Part shown: piece after piece, positions 30,643 to 40,327 of the stretch
Numbering within the stretch: position 1 is the first letter of the stretch
Layout: every line of letters begins with the position of its first letter
From: Azoarcus sp.
GTDB taxonomy: Bacteria > Pseudomonadota > Gammaproteobacteria > Burkholderiales > Rhodocyclaceae
Length of the DNA stretch: 64,000 nt
Direction: 5' to 3'
Assembly: GCA_031274995.1 (NCBI GenBank)
Contig: JAISPJ010000013.1
Location: forward strand, 86 to 64,085
Program-made: the position numbers and the translations under genes
Notes under the pieces: generated by a model
Told to the model about the DNA's origin: nothing
The model's database searches: none
What the model saw: the letters and a program-made list of their open reading frames with translations, nothing else

Positions 30643-31752
30643 ATGACAATGCGGATACTGCTGGTTAAAACCTCTTCGCTCGGCGATGTCATCCACACCC
30701 TGCCCGCAGTCACCGACGCGGCGCGGGCGCTTCCCGGCATTCGTTTCGATTGGGTCGTGGAAGAAGCCTTTGCCGAGATTCCCGCTTGGCATCCGGCGGT
30801 GGAACGGGTGATTCCGGTGGCGTTGCGACGCTGGCGGAAACATCCTTTTGCCAGTGCCACACGGATGGAATGGAAAGCCTTTCGTGCCGCTCTCGGTACG
30901 ACTTCTTACGATTTCGTGCTTGATGCGCAAGGCTTGATAAAAAGCGCCTGGCTTGCCGTCAAGGCGCATGCTCCCGTGCATGGACTTGGCTTCCGCTCGG
31001 CGCGTGAACCGCTGGCAAGCCTTGCCTATGCCCATCGCCATACCGTGCCTTGGGGGCGGCATGGCGTGCGCCGCGTGCGCGAACTTTTCGCTGCCTCGTT
31101 CGGCTACCCCCTGCCGGAAGACGCCGGAGGGGAAGACGACGGCGCAAGCCATGCCGATGCCTCCGCCTACGGGCTGGATCGCGCCCGTATTCCGGCGATT
31201 GCCGGGGTGGCGGATACGGCGGGCGATGCCCTGCGACTGGTTTTTCTGCACGGAACTACTTGGCCCGCCAAGCATTGGCCGGAAAATTACTGGCGCGAAC
31301 TTGCCCGCCTTGCCGTCAGAGCCGGTTGGGATATCCGGCTGCCATGGGGTTCTGGCGAGGAACATGAACGCGCCCAGCGCATCGCAAAAGGTATTGACAG
31401 GGTGCGTGTGCTGCCCAGACTGCCGCTCGCAGGACTGGTTGCCGAGTTGATCGCCGCGACCGCCTGTGTGGCCGTCGACACCGGGCTCGGCCACCTTGCC
31501 GCGGCCCTGGACGTTCCCGCACTGTCGCTCTTCGGCCCGACAAACCCCGCTTTGACCGGCGCGTGGGGCCACCGTCAGCGCCGCTTTGCCACGGATTTCC
31601 CCTGTGCGCCCTGCCTGCGGAAAACCTGCCCGCTTCGTTCTTCCGCAGCCGCTACCTTGGGTGCGCCTGCGCCGCCATTCGCCCTCGATGCTCCATGTTT
31701 CACGCGCGTAACGCCAGCGAGGGTGTGGGAAATATTAGGCTCAATGCGGTGA
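30643..31752 (+). CDS. waaC: LPS heptosyltransferase I
   Basis: MRILLVKTSSLGDVIHTLPAVTD, DAQGLIKSA, KHWPENYW, VDTGLGHLAAA. Confidence 0.95.
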   Translation: MTMRILLVKTSSLGDVIHTLPAVTDAARALPGIRFDWVVEEAFAEIPAWHPAVERVIPVALRRWRKHPFASATRMEWKAFRAALGTTSYDFVLDAQGLIKSAWLAVKAHAPVHGLGFRSAREPLASLAYAHRHTVPWGRHGVRRVRELFAASFGYPLPEDAGGEDDGASHADASAYGLDRARIPAIAGVADTAGDALRLVFLHGTTWPAKHWPENYWRELARLAVRAGWDIRLPWGSGEEHERAQRIAKGIDRVRVLPRLPLAGLVAELIAATACVAVDTGLGHLAAALDVPALSLFGPTNPALTGAWGHRQRRFATDFPCAPCLRKTCPLRSSAAATLGAPAPPFALDAPCFTRVTPARVWEILGSMR

Positions 31753-31761
31753 GCGTGGGTA

Positions 31762-32898
31762 ATGCAACTTGCCTTTTGCCTCTTCAAATACTTTCCCTAT
31801 GGCGGCCTGCAACGGGATTTTCTGCGCATTGCGCTTGCCTGCCAGAAGCGTGGACACAGCATCCGCGTGTATACGCTCGAATGGCAAGGCGAGGTGCCGC
31901 CAGGGTTCGAGGTGCGGTTCGTACCCGTGCGCACGTGGCGAAACCACAACCGTTGCAGCAAGTTCGGCGCATGGGTCGAAGCTGATCTCGCCCGTTGTCC
32001 CGTCGACCGTGTCATCGGTTTCAACAAGATGCCCGGCCTCGACGTGTGTTTTGCCGCTGATCCCTGTTTTGAGGAAAAAGCCCGCACCCTGCGCAATCCG
32101 CTTTACCGTCTGGGTGCCCGTTATCGCTGCTTTGCGGCTCTGGAGCGCATAGTATTTACGCCGGAGGCCCACACGGAGATTCTGACGATTTCCCCCGCGC
32201 AGCAGCCGTCTTTCGAGCGCCATTACGGAACGCCGCCAGAACGCTTCCATCTGTTGCCTCCCGGCATTTCAGCCGAGTGCCGCGCATCTGCCGATGCTCC
32301 GGCTATCCGCGCGGCGTTTCGCGCCGAATTCGGCCTGGGTGGCGATGATCTCCTGTTGCTGCTTATCGGTTCCGGTTTTAAGACCAAGGGACTTGACCGC
32401 TGCCTGAAGGCGCTGGCGGCTTTGCCCGAGGCATTGCGCAGGCGCACGCGGTTCTTCGTTGTCGGCAAGGATAAGCCGCACCCCTTCCGGCGGCAGGCGC
32501 ACTCGCTTGGCCTAGGCGAGCGGGTTGCCTTTCTGGGGGGGCGTGACGATGTTCCGCGCTTTCTGTTCGGAGCCGACCTGCTTATCCATCCCGCTTATAG
32601 CGAAAATACCGGAACCGTGCTGCTCGAAGCCCTTGTTGCCGGATTGCCGGTGTTGGTGACGGATGTCTGCGGCTATGCGCACTATATCGAGGAGGCCGGG
32701 GCAGGGCGCCTGATCGCCTCGCCTTTCGCGCAAGGTGCACTCGATGTCGCTCTTGCCGGGATGCTGGCCGATCCCGTGGCGCGGGCGCGCTGGTCAAGCA
32801 ATGCGCTTGCCTTTTCCGAACATGCCGATTTGTACAGCCTGCACGAGAAAGCCGTCGATTTCATTCTGAACATGAATACACACATCACCACAACATGA
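31762..32898 (+). CDS. waaG: LPS core glucosyltransferase (GT4)
   Basis: MQLAFCLFKYFPYGGLQRDF, GSGFKTKGLDR, HPAYSENTGTVLLEA. Confidence 0.92.
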   Translation: MQLAFCLFKYFPYGGLQRDFLRIALACQKRGHSIRVYTLEWQGEVPPGFEVRFVPVRTWRNHNRCSKFGAWVEADLARCPVDRVIGFNKMPGLDVCFAADPCFEEKARTLRNPLYRLGARYRCFAALERIVFTPEAHTEILTISPAQQPSFERHYGTPPERFHLLPPGISAECRASADAPAIRAAFRAEFGLGGDDLLLLLIGSGFKTKGLDRCLKALAALPEALRRRTRFFVVGKDKPHPFRRQAHSLGLGERVAFLGGRDDVPRFLFGADLLIHPAYSENTGTVLLEALVAGLPVLVTDVCGYAHYIEEAGAGRLIASPFAQGALDVALAGMLADPVARARWSSNALAFSEHADLYSLHEKAVDFILNMNTHITTT

Positions 32899-33728
32899 GT
32901 CAAGTCGTTCTACGTCCCCCTTTCGATGAGTTGTGGGCCGGGCGTGACCCCTTCGCCGAAGCCGAAGCCCTGCAAGGGCAGGTGTTGCGTGAGTTGGAAG
33001 GGCGGCGGACCCTGCGCACCGAGATCGGCGGGCGCGGTTATTTCGCCAAGATTCACCGCGGTGTCGGCTGGCGCGAAATCTTCAAAAACCTCGTCTGCCT
33101 GCGCCTGCCCGTGCTTGGCGCACGCAACGAATGGCAGGCTGTCGAGTATCTGGAGCAACTCGGCGTGGACACCATGCGCATGGTTGCGTTCGGCGAACGC
33201 GGCAAAAATCCGGCATACAGACATTCCTTCATCATCACGGAAGAACTTGCCCCTACCATCAGCCTGGAAGATTACTGTCTCGACTGGCCTCGCACGCAGC
33301 CCGAACCTGCGCTCAAACGCGCCCTCATTGCCCGTGTGGCGGAAATTGCGAGATTGATGCACGAAAACCGGATGAATCACCGGGATTTCTACCTGTGCCA
33401 CTTCCTGCTGCACACTGACCCGCCGCCCACGCCTGAAACGCTGCGGCTGTCGGTCATCGACCTGCACCGCGCCCAAATCCATGACCGGATGCCCGCGCCC
33501 CGCTGGCGGCACAAAGATTTAGCCGGACTGTATTTCTCGGCGCTCGAAATCGGGTTGACCCGCAGCGACCTGCTGCGTTTTCTCCGCGTTTATTTCAACG
33601 CGCCGCTGCGCGGCGTCCTGCGGGATCAGGCAAAACTCCTTGTTTGGCTCCAGCGCAAAGCGATGCGCCTGGCCGAACGTGACCGGCGCAAATCTGGCTG
33701 TACTCTCACAAAGAATGCCGCGCGATGA
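32895..33728 (+). CDS. waaP: LPS core heptose(I) kinase
   Basis: RELEGRRTLR, YFAKIHRGVGW, NHRDFYLCHFL, VIDLHRAQ, KDLAGLYFS. Confidence 0.94.
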   Translation: MSQVVLRPPFDELWAGRDPFAEAEALQGQVLRELEGRRTLRTEIGGRGYFAKIHRGVGWREIFKNLVCLRLPVLGARNEWQAVEYLEQLGVDTMRMVAFGERGKNPAYRHSFIITEELAPTISLEDYCLDWPRTQPEPALKRALIARVAEIARLMHENRMNHRDFYLCHFLLHTDPPPTPETLRLSVIDLHRAQIHDRMPAPRWRHKDLAGLYFSALEIGLTRSDLLRFLRVYFNAPLRGVLRDQAKLLVWLQRKAMRLAERDRRKSGCTLTKNAAR

Positions 33729-33752
33729 AATTAATTGGTGGCGTCTGCCGAT

Positions 33753-35216
33753 TCACGGCGCAGGTTGCAAAAGGCGTATGCCTGGAGCGGCCTGGGCATT
33801 GAGTTGAATGCCGAGAGAAGGCTGTTTCATCTCCGAATCGATCAACAGAGGATGTTCGACCGGATACGTGTAGCGGAGGACATCGTAAAAATTGCGAACA
33901 TTCTCCGCCATGATGAGCGCCTCGCCGCCGCGTACCGGCCCTGTCTTGAACTGAATAGCGTACTGAGGCTGCGCCAGCAGGGGCAGCACGGATTTCAGAT
34001 CCACCCATGTAGTATCGTTCTTGCCGAGCAGGCGTGCCAGCGCCCGGGCGTTATTGAGACCTCCCGGGCCGATGTTGTAAGCGGCGGTGGTCATCCACAT
34101 GCGATCGGGGGAAAGAACCTCGTTCGGAAGCTTTGCCTGCAACATGGAGAGATAACGCGCACCCCCGAGGATGGACTGTCTCGGGTCGAGACGATCTTCG
34201 ACGCCGAGCCGGTTGGCGGTATCGACGGTCAACATCATCATGCCGCGCACGCCTGTATAAGACGTTGCTTCAGGGTCCCAGTGTGATTCCTGGTAAGAAA
34301 CCGCCGCCAGATAACGCCAGTCGATGCCGGTTTTCTTCTCAGCCTCGTGGAAATGGGAAATGTAGCGTGGCAGGCGATTCTGGATGCGCTTGAGAAAAAC
34401 CGTGATGTCGTAATGGTCGAGGCGGCGAATATGGCCGAAATAATGATCCGCCGTGCTGGCGAGCAAGCCGTTTCCGGCTGACTCATTGAGAAAGTCAGAA
34501 ATTTTGCCTGTCAGCTCACCGTTGGCCTGTAGCGGTATCGCCCAAGATACCGTGCTCTTGAGCGGCAGATCGTAGGCGACGGCGAGCGTGGGTGCCAAAC
34601 GCTTGGCGAGCGCGTAATTCACCCTGTCGGTTGCCAGGAGGTCGATCCGGCCTGTCGCCGCCTGCATGAGTAAATTCTGGTCGTCACTATGCGGGGCAGG
34701 ATGAACGACTTCCAGCCCGGGGATACGCTGCTTGAGCGCTTCCATTGCCACGGCGAGTTTTGTGCCCTGCCGGACCGTAACGACCCGCCCGGCCAGATCG
34801 CGTTCACGCAGGATGGAACGGCGGCCAGTGCGGCCAACCAGTACGAAATCAACCTCGCGCAACCCTGCTGTCCAGGCCAGAGGCAAGTGGCTGTCGGGAG
34901 TCAGCCCGGCCGCCGCCAGATGCGCCTGACCATTGATGACAGCTTCAAGTGCGTGTGCCGTATCAGGATAAGGCACAAAACGCACCGGCACCCCCAGGCG
35001 CTGCCCGAGCGCGACCAGCAAGTCGTGCTCAAATCCCGCGTAAGTTCCCCGCTCATCCTCGCGGTAAGAGAGCGCATCGATACGTGTCGCCACCCGCAGC
35101 TCGCCCAGCTCGCGGAAATCTGCGATACGCGAGCGGGAAGGGCTGATGACGGCCATGACGATGGCCGCGATCAGGAACGCGGCGAAGCTGGTGTAGACAG
35201 TGTGGGAAAGACGCAA
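33753..35216 (-). CDS. mltF: Membrane-bound lytic murein transglycosylase F (SBP + SLT domains)
   Basis: N-terminal periplasmic-binding domain (ELRVATR...GFEHDL); SLT motifs YQESHWDP, GVRGMMMLT, AYNIG. Confidence 0.92.
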   Translation of the reverse strand: MRLSHTVYTSFAAFLIAAIVMAVISPSRSRIADFRELGELRVATRIDALSYREDERGTYAGFEHDLLVALGQRLGVPVRFVPYPDTAHALEAVINGQAHLAAAGLTPDSHLPLAWTAGLREVDFVLVGRTGRRSILRERDLAGRVVTVRQGTKLAVAMEALKQRIPGLEVVHPAPHSDDQNLLMQAATGRIDLLATDRVNYALAKRLAPTLAVAYDLPLKSTVSWAIPLQANGELTGKISDFLNESAGNGLLASTADHYFGHIRRLDHYDITVFLKRIQNRLPRYISHFHEAEKKTGIDWRYLAAVSYQESHWDPEATSYTGVRGMMMLTVDTANRLGVEDRLDPRQSILGGARYLSMLQAKLPNEVLSPDRMWMTTAAYNIGPGGLNNARALARLLGKNDTTWVDLKSVLPLLAQPQYAIQFKTGPVRGGEALIMAENVRNFYDVLRYTYPVEHPLLIDSEMKQPSLGIQLNAQAAPGIRLLQPAP

Positions 35217-35426
35217 TCGAGTATCCGAATGAGGAGGTTAAGGCGATTATGCCTGCCTTGGCGTTGGTGCGCGTACTGCATGGTGGCAAAACACACACAT
35301 AAGGTGGCTGGAAAGATACAGTCATCCGCTGCGGGATATTCCCCTGTAGAGACTCCATGCGCTACCGGAAAATCGCACACCGTCTACCTTTTTTCGTGAG
35401 GTTGCCTATAATTTCGCGCTTCGAGC

Positions 35427-35516
<90 letters not shown>

Positions 35517-35608
35517 ACCTTACAATAAAATCAATAGCTTATGTGATTTCATGTAAGCTATACCACTAAAAATTTTGTTGTGAAATCCCAACCCTCAGGG
35601 CGCTTTCC

Positions 35609-35737
35609 GGCGACTTTGGCCTTGGCCTCAACTACCGGGCCACGGAGAATCTCTTCCTCTCCACCGGCTACACCATGACCGTGCAGGACAAGTACCAAGG
35701 GTACTTGGTCAATGCGATGCTGGAATGGAGGTTTTAG
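35609..35737 (+). pseudogene. Remnant: C-terminal beta-strands of an autotransporter or outer-membrane barrel
   Basis: GDFGLGLNYRATENLFLSTGYTMTVQDKYQGYLVNAMLEWRF*; amphipathic strands with terminal Phe; in-frame TAA at 35567 and no start codon. Confidence 0.55.
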
Positions 35738-35954
35738 GGGAATTCAGGGAAGGCGTGAGCGGCAGCCAGCTTCTTTGCACGGGCAGCGTATCGTCTGTGT
35801 TTTTCTTTGGAGAGCGGGTATGTTATGTAGGTAATTCCGTATTTTGCCAGCCGACCTCAATTGTCACTTCGACAGGGTAATGGCAGTATGTCGAATTAGT
35901 TGGCGACATTGTTTTGGAATATTGAAACGACACGCGCTTGATGGAGAACAGGAT

Positions 35955-38453
35955 ATGGTGGATTTCGGTAGCTTGGTGGGTACCAAAAAAGACGTCGTGA
36001 TTTATGACCTGGAGGGCTTGTATGGTTCCCTGGACGTCAAAAGCACGCATACCGAACCACGGCCCGCCCAAAAAGAGGCCATGATCGAGTTGACCAGGCG
36101 CCAGGCTGAAAAGGACGTGGTATTGAAAATCAGCACCGGCGCTGGCAAGACCACGGTGGGCCTGCTCTACTTGCTCGGCCATATGAAGTTGTCCCGCGCT
36201 CAGGCCGTCTATCTCTGTCCAACGCTTCAGCTTGTCGAACAGGTGCTGGAGGAAGCCAGTCGGCTGGGTATTGCGGCCAACGGCTATCCCGGTGGAGAAA
36301 CTTATCCCGCGCCGGCCTGCATGCGCGGGGACGCCATCCTGGTCTGCACTTACGAAAAACTGTTCAACGCGAAAAGTACCTTCTTGCGTAATGACGTCAA
36401 TCTGGTGCCGTGCGCAATCGTCCTGGACGATGCCCATGCAGGCGCCGAAATCGTCCGCAAGCAATTCACGCTCCATATCCGTGACGCTGCCTGCACGGCG
36501 CTTCTCGAGATATTGGGTCCTGCCTGCCAAGCCTATAGCAAGCCAAAGTGGCTGGATATCGAGTCCGGCGACCCGATGGCTTCAATGGAGGTGCCGCATT
36601 GGATCTGGACCGACCATGTGGCAAAGATTCAGGAAGCCTTGCACGGTTTCGCGGACTCGAACGATTTTTGTTTTGTCTGGCCGTACCTCGCCGAGATTCT
36701 GCCTGTTTGCCGTTGTGTGCTGGGCGGTGGTGGCGCCGAAATTGCCCCGGAGGTGCTCCCCACCCATTCCGTCCGGCCCTTTGCGCAGGCCAGCCACCGG
36801 CTTTTCATGTCGGCCACACTTGCCGATGACTCGCTGCTTACCCGTGAATTCGGAACGTCGCCGGATGCCGCCGCCCAGCCGATCCTTCCGCCCTCGGATC
36901 GTGGCCTCGGTGAACGGATGATTCTGGCACCCTCGCTGGTTGAACCTGAACTCGACCGCAGTTATGCCATTGGGCTTTGCGCCGAACTTGCCAAAGCCCA
37001 CAACGTCGTGGTGCTGACCTCCAGCGGATTACTGGCGAAGGACTGGGTTGCGGCGGGGGCGCAGTATTTCGCCGGCGATTCTTTTGCCGAAGGCGTGCGG
37101 TGCCTTCGTAACCCGTCGTCAGGCCTCCGGTTTGCGGTGTTTGCGCAACGCTACGACGGTGTCGACCTGCCGGACGATGCGTGCCGGGTGTTGGTGATTG
37201 ATGGCATCCCATACGGCGAGAGCCTGATCGATAGGCAGGACCAGCAGATGACCTTGATTCCGGGGGGTGTCCGTAACCGGACTATCTTCCGTATCGAGCA
37301 AGGAATGGGGCGGGCAGTCCGGTCGCACGCGGATTTTGCGGTGGTGTTGCTCGTCGGCCAGGATTTGACGACTTACGTTGGCCGCCACGACGTGCTGCAG
37401 GCTATGACCAGCGATACCCGAAACCAGATCCATCTCTCCGTCACGCTTGCTGAATTGGTTCGCAAATCTCAGCCGGAACATCCTCAACAGGCGATACGGC
37501 AAGTGATCGGCCAATGCTTGGGCCGGGATGCAGGATGGAAGGATTTCTACAATCAGCGGGTTCGTGAGGTTGCCAAGAATGCGCCGACCATCAGTGAACC
37601 CCGCATCAGGTTGGCCTCAGAAGAGCGTGAGTCGTACCTCCTTGCGATGAACAATGGGGCAGCGGATGCCAAAGATCGTTTCCAGCGGGCGATTCGCTCA
37701 AGCGATTTGGCTGGCGAGGAATTGGGCATTTACCTGCAGCGTCTGGCACGGATTGCCTATCTCGCCGATCCGGCAGAAGGACTCGGGATTCAGCAAGGTG
37801 CCCGTAAGCACTCCTTGGCTGTCGCTATTGCGCCGGCAGTCCCTCGGAAGCCATCGACCCCCGGCGCCAAGACGGTTGCCGAGCGGTTCTGCGCCTGGTT
37901 TGGGAAATTTACGGCCGGCAACGCTGCGGTCATCGAGGCAAAAAGGATTGCCGACAGTCTGACACTCGCCGCCAAGCCCAAAGCCGTCGAAGCGGCGATT
38001 CAGGCCCTGGGTGAAGCGCTCGGGGCCGACTCGGGGCGGCCGGAGCGAGATTACGGCGTCGGACCTGACAATCTCTGGTTTTGGGGCAAGACAGCCTATG
38101 TCATCGAAGTGAAGAACGAGAATCAGGACTCACTTCATAAGTGCGATTCCGGGCAGATGCACGACAGCCTCCAGTGGGCGCGTGAGAATTTCCCGGAGTA
38201 CGCAGATCACCTGCAGCCCCTTGTCGTGGCGAAGGTCCACACCGTCGACAGGGTCGCGCATTATCCGCCGGGAACCCGTGTGTTGATGCAAGAGGGCTGC
38301 GACACAATCGGACTGGCGTTACATCAGGTCTGCCAAAAATTTGCCAAGCTCGGACCGGTTTTTTTGACGCCGGAACTGGTACTGGAGGAGATGGGCAAAT
38401 TCGGATTGCTGCCTGAGCAATTCATCGGGCGCCATACCAGGGGGATTGCTTGA
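35955..38453 (+). CDS. SF2 DinG-like helicase with C-terminal PD-(D/E)xK nuclease (Hna-like, putative anti-phage)
   Basis: Q motif PRPAQ, ISTGAGKT, LDDAH, MSAT, RYDGVDLP, EQGMGRAVRS; C-terminal GPDNLW...VIEVKN; single gene next to a tRNA. Confidence 0.8.
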   Translation: MVDFGSLVGTKKDVVIYDLEGLYGSLDVKSTHTEPRPAQKEAMIELTRRQAEKDVVLKISTGAGKTTVGLLYLLGHMKLSRAQAVYLCPTLQLVEQVLEEASRLGIAANGYPGGETYPAPACMRGDAILVCTYEKLFNAKSTFLRNDVNLVPCAIVLDDAHAGAEIVRKQFTLHIRDAACTALLEILGPACQAYSKPKWLDIESGDPMASMEVPHWIWTDHVAKIQEALHGFADSNDFCFVWPYLAEILPVCRCVLGGGGAEIAPEVLPTHSVRPFAQASHRLFMSATLADDSLLTREFGTSPDAAAQPILPPSDRGLGERMILAPSLVEPELDRSYAIGLCAELAKAHNVVVLTSSGLLAKDWVAAGAQYFAGDSFAEGVRCLRNPSSGLRFAVFAQRYDGVDLPDDACRVLVIDGIPYGESLIDRQDQQMTLIPGGVRNRTIFRIEQGMGRAVRSHADFAVVLLVGQDLTTYVGRHDVLQAMTSDTRNQIHLSVTLAELVRKSQPEHPQQAIRQVIGQCLGRDAGWKDFYNQRVREVAKNAPTISEPRIRLASEERESYLLAMNNGAADAKDRFQRAIRSSDLAGEELGIYLQRLARIAYLADPAEGLGIQQGARKHSLAVAIAPAVPRKPSTPGAKTVAERFCAWFGKFTAGNAAVIEAKRIADSLTLAAKPKAVEAAIQALGEALGADSGRPERDYGVGPDNLWFWGKTAYVIEVKNENQDSLHKCDSGQMHDSLQWARENFPEYADHLQPLVVAKVHTVDRVAHYPPGTRVLMQEGCDTIGLALHQVCQKFAKLGPVFLTPELVLEEMGKFGLLPEQFIGRHTRGIA

Positions 38454-38589
38454 TGCGTGACCCATCGCCGGCTACGGGGGGTGACTTGCGCCGGAACCGC
38501 ACCCTGCGGACCATAGTCGAATACCGAAGATGACACATGGGCGTATCCGCATCGTGTCTTATGTCAGGTCTGCGTGAAGAAGAAAGGCT

Positions 38590-38648
38590 ATTAACCCGGC
38601 AACATAATACCGTACAATCCGTGATGTAATTTACATTGCCGGGTTAAT
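38590..38648. repeat. 13-bp perfect inverted repeat with AT-rich 33-nt spacer
   Basis: ATTAACCCGGCAA (38590-38602) and TTGCCGGGTTAAT (38636-38648), between convergent genes. Confidence 0.75.
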
Positions 38649-39970
38649 TAATCCAGTCCTTCAATCGAAGGCGTGAGCACGATCCGGGTGTCTTTTTCGA
38701 TGAACCCCAGGAAAAACACCATTGCCGCTTCCGATACGGAGACACAGCCCGCCGTGGGGCTGTTGGTGGCGACATGCAGGAAAATCGCGGAACCCTTGCC
38801 GGGGACAATGGGCGCGGTGTTGTAATTGATTGCTGCCGCGTATTTGTATTGTTTTCCGTAATCTGCAAGCCGTTCGGCAGATGACCAATCGGCATCCGGC
38901 GCGTCCGCGTGTGCCCATTGGTTGTAGGACTTCGAGGCCGGGTCATCTACCCAGACATCGGTTGGGGAAATCTTCGTGTACGGCAGCAATGCGCCGGGAT
39001 CGGCAGCAACGCCGAAGGTACGCCCAAATGTGAACACTCCCGTTGGGGTTGCGCCGTCTCCTTCGCGCTTGTCTTTCCTGAAACCATTTTTCCCAAGCCA
39101 GCCGTCCGTGCTGAACCGCAGACTCCAAACGCCATCGGCCTTGGTGTAGGCACGCAGCAACGCCCGGTTTTTCTTTTCCTCCGTCCCGTCGGCTTCGGTC
39201 ACGACGATCATCCGCGCTGCGCCGCTTGCGTGTTTCTCCAGGGTTTGCCGCATGGGGTCCCCGGCCGGGGCAGGGGTGCGCACCGGAAAATCGAAAAAAG
39301 TCGCCGGATGCGGTTCATTCTTCAGGTGGTAATGCCACCATTCTTCCCTTAGCCGCCTGAATCCATGCGCTTCCATCGCCTCGCGCAGAATGGCGCGATT
39401 CCCGGCCTGCGCCGGAGTAATCCCCAATGCGTCGTGATGCGAGATTTTTCCGAAGAGATCGAAGGGGGAACCCATATCGACCTCCTGCCCGCTTTTCAGG
39501 TCGATCAGGGTCAAATCCAGCACGCTGGCGCGCGAATGCCCGGATCGTCCGGCAATGTATCCATCCTTGAATAACATCGCTTTGTCCACATCAGGATAGA
39601 ACCGCGCTTTCATTTGTATGTCGTTTATGTCTTCCGCCCACCGGACGAAGTGCCGCACGGCCCGTTCCGGCCGGTAAGCATCGAAAATCTTCAATCCGAA
39701 ACTCTTTTTCCGCAAATCGCCGCTCACCGCCTTGAGCGCCGCAGCGGCCTCCACGCTCAAAATGGCCTGTGGCGCTTCGTACCCATCGGCCTGCGTCCCC
39801 ATGAAATTATTCGTGCCGAAGTAACGGATGTCGAGCGCCGCCTCCGGTATCACGTCCCGCACGAACACGAAGCCCTTTGGCGGATAAGCCGCATCATCCG
39901 CCCGTGCGCCCCCTCCATAGAGGCAAAGCGACAAAAGAAACGTTGAAATGAGGGGATTTATGGGATTCAT
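38648..39970 (-). CDS. Exported fusion: VanX/DdpX-type (M15D) D-Ala-D-Ala peptidase + YkuD-type L,D-transpeptidase
   Basis: Signal peptide; M15D motifs FDAYRP, SGHSRASVLD, EEWWHY; second domain KREGDGATPTG...SAIFLHV...TAGCVSV. Confidence 0.88.
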   Translation of the reverse strand: MNPINPLISTFLLSLCLYGGGARADDAAYPPKGFVFVRDVIPEAALDIRYFGTNNFMGTQADGYEAPQAILSVEAAAALKAVSGDLRKKSFGLKIFDAYRPERAVRHFVRWAEDINDIQMKARFYPDVDKAMLFKDGYIAGRSGHSRASVLDLTLIDLKSGQEVDMGSPFDLFGKISHHDALGITPAQAGNRAILREAMEAHGFRRLREEWWHYHLKNEPHPATFFDFPVRTPAPAGDPMRQTLEKHASGAARMIVVTEADGTEEKKNRALLRAYTKADGVWSLRFSTDGWLGKNGFRKDKREGDGATPTGVFTFGRTFGVAADPGALLPYTKISPTDVWVDDPASKSYNQWAHADAPDADWSSAERLADYGKQYKYAAAINYNTAPIVPGKGSAIFLHVATNSPTAGCVSVSEAAMVFFLGFIEKDTRIVLTPSIEGLD

Positions 39971-40327
39971 TTATAATATTATTTCGCCCCTCGACTTTTT
40001 ATAAGCATACTGCAGCCCGAAACCAGTATAGCCAATCTCTCCGACGTTGATGAAATCCGTGCTGTTTATTGCTGACCGAAAGCCGAGAGCGTTCTCAAAT
40101 CTGTCTTTTTCATGCGGAAAGTATAATATATGTTGTCTGTTTTTAGGCTTGGTTAATAAAACCGGGCAGTACGGGATGAACAAGACGCTGAAGAAGGTAG
40201 AAATGAAACTCTGGTAGTTTCGCAGGTTAAAGTGTAGGACAGAGTCCACGCCGCCACTTCGTGGATTCGCGGGCACTTGCCTGTACGAAGCACGGCGTCA
40301 ACGGTAGCAAAGGTATATGCAGATCAC

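Noticed and set aside
35955-38453. Hachiman HamB or a housekeeping DinG
   Set aside because: No HamA partner; lacks a DinG Fe-S cysteine pattern; carries a C-terminal nuclease signature instead.
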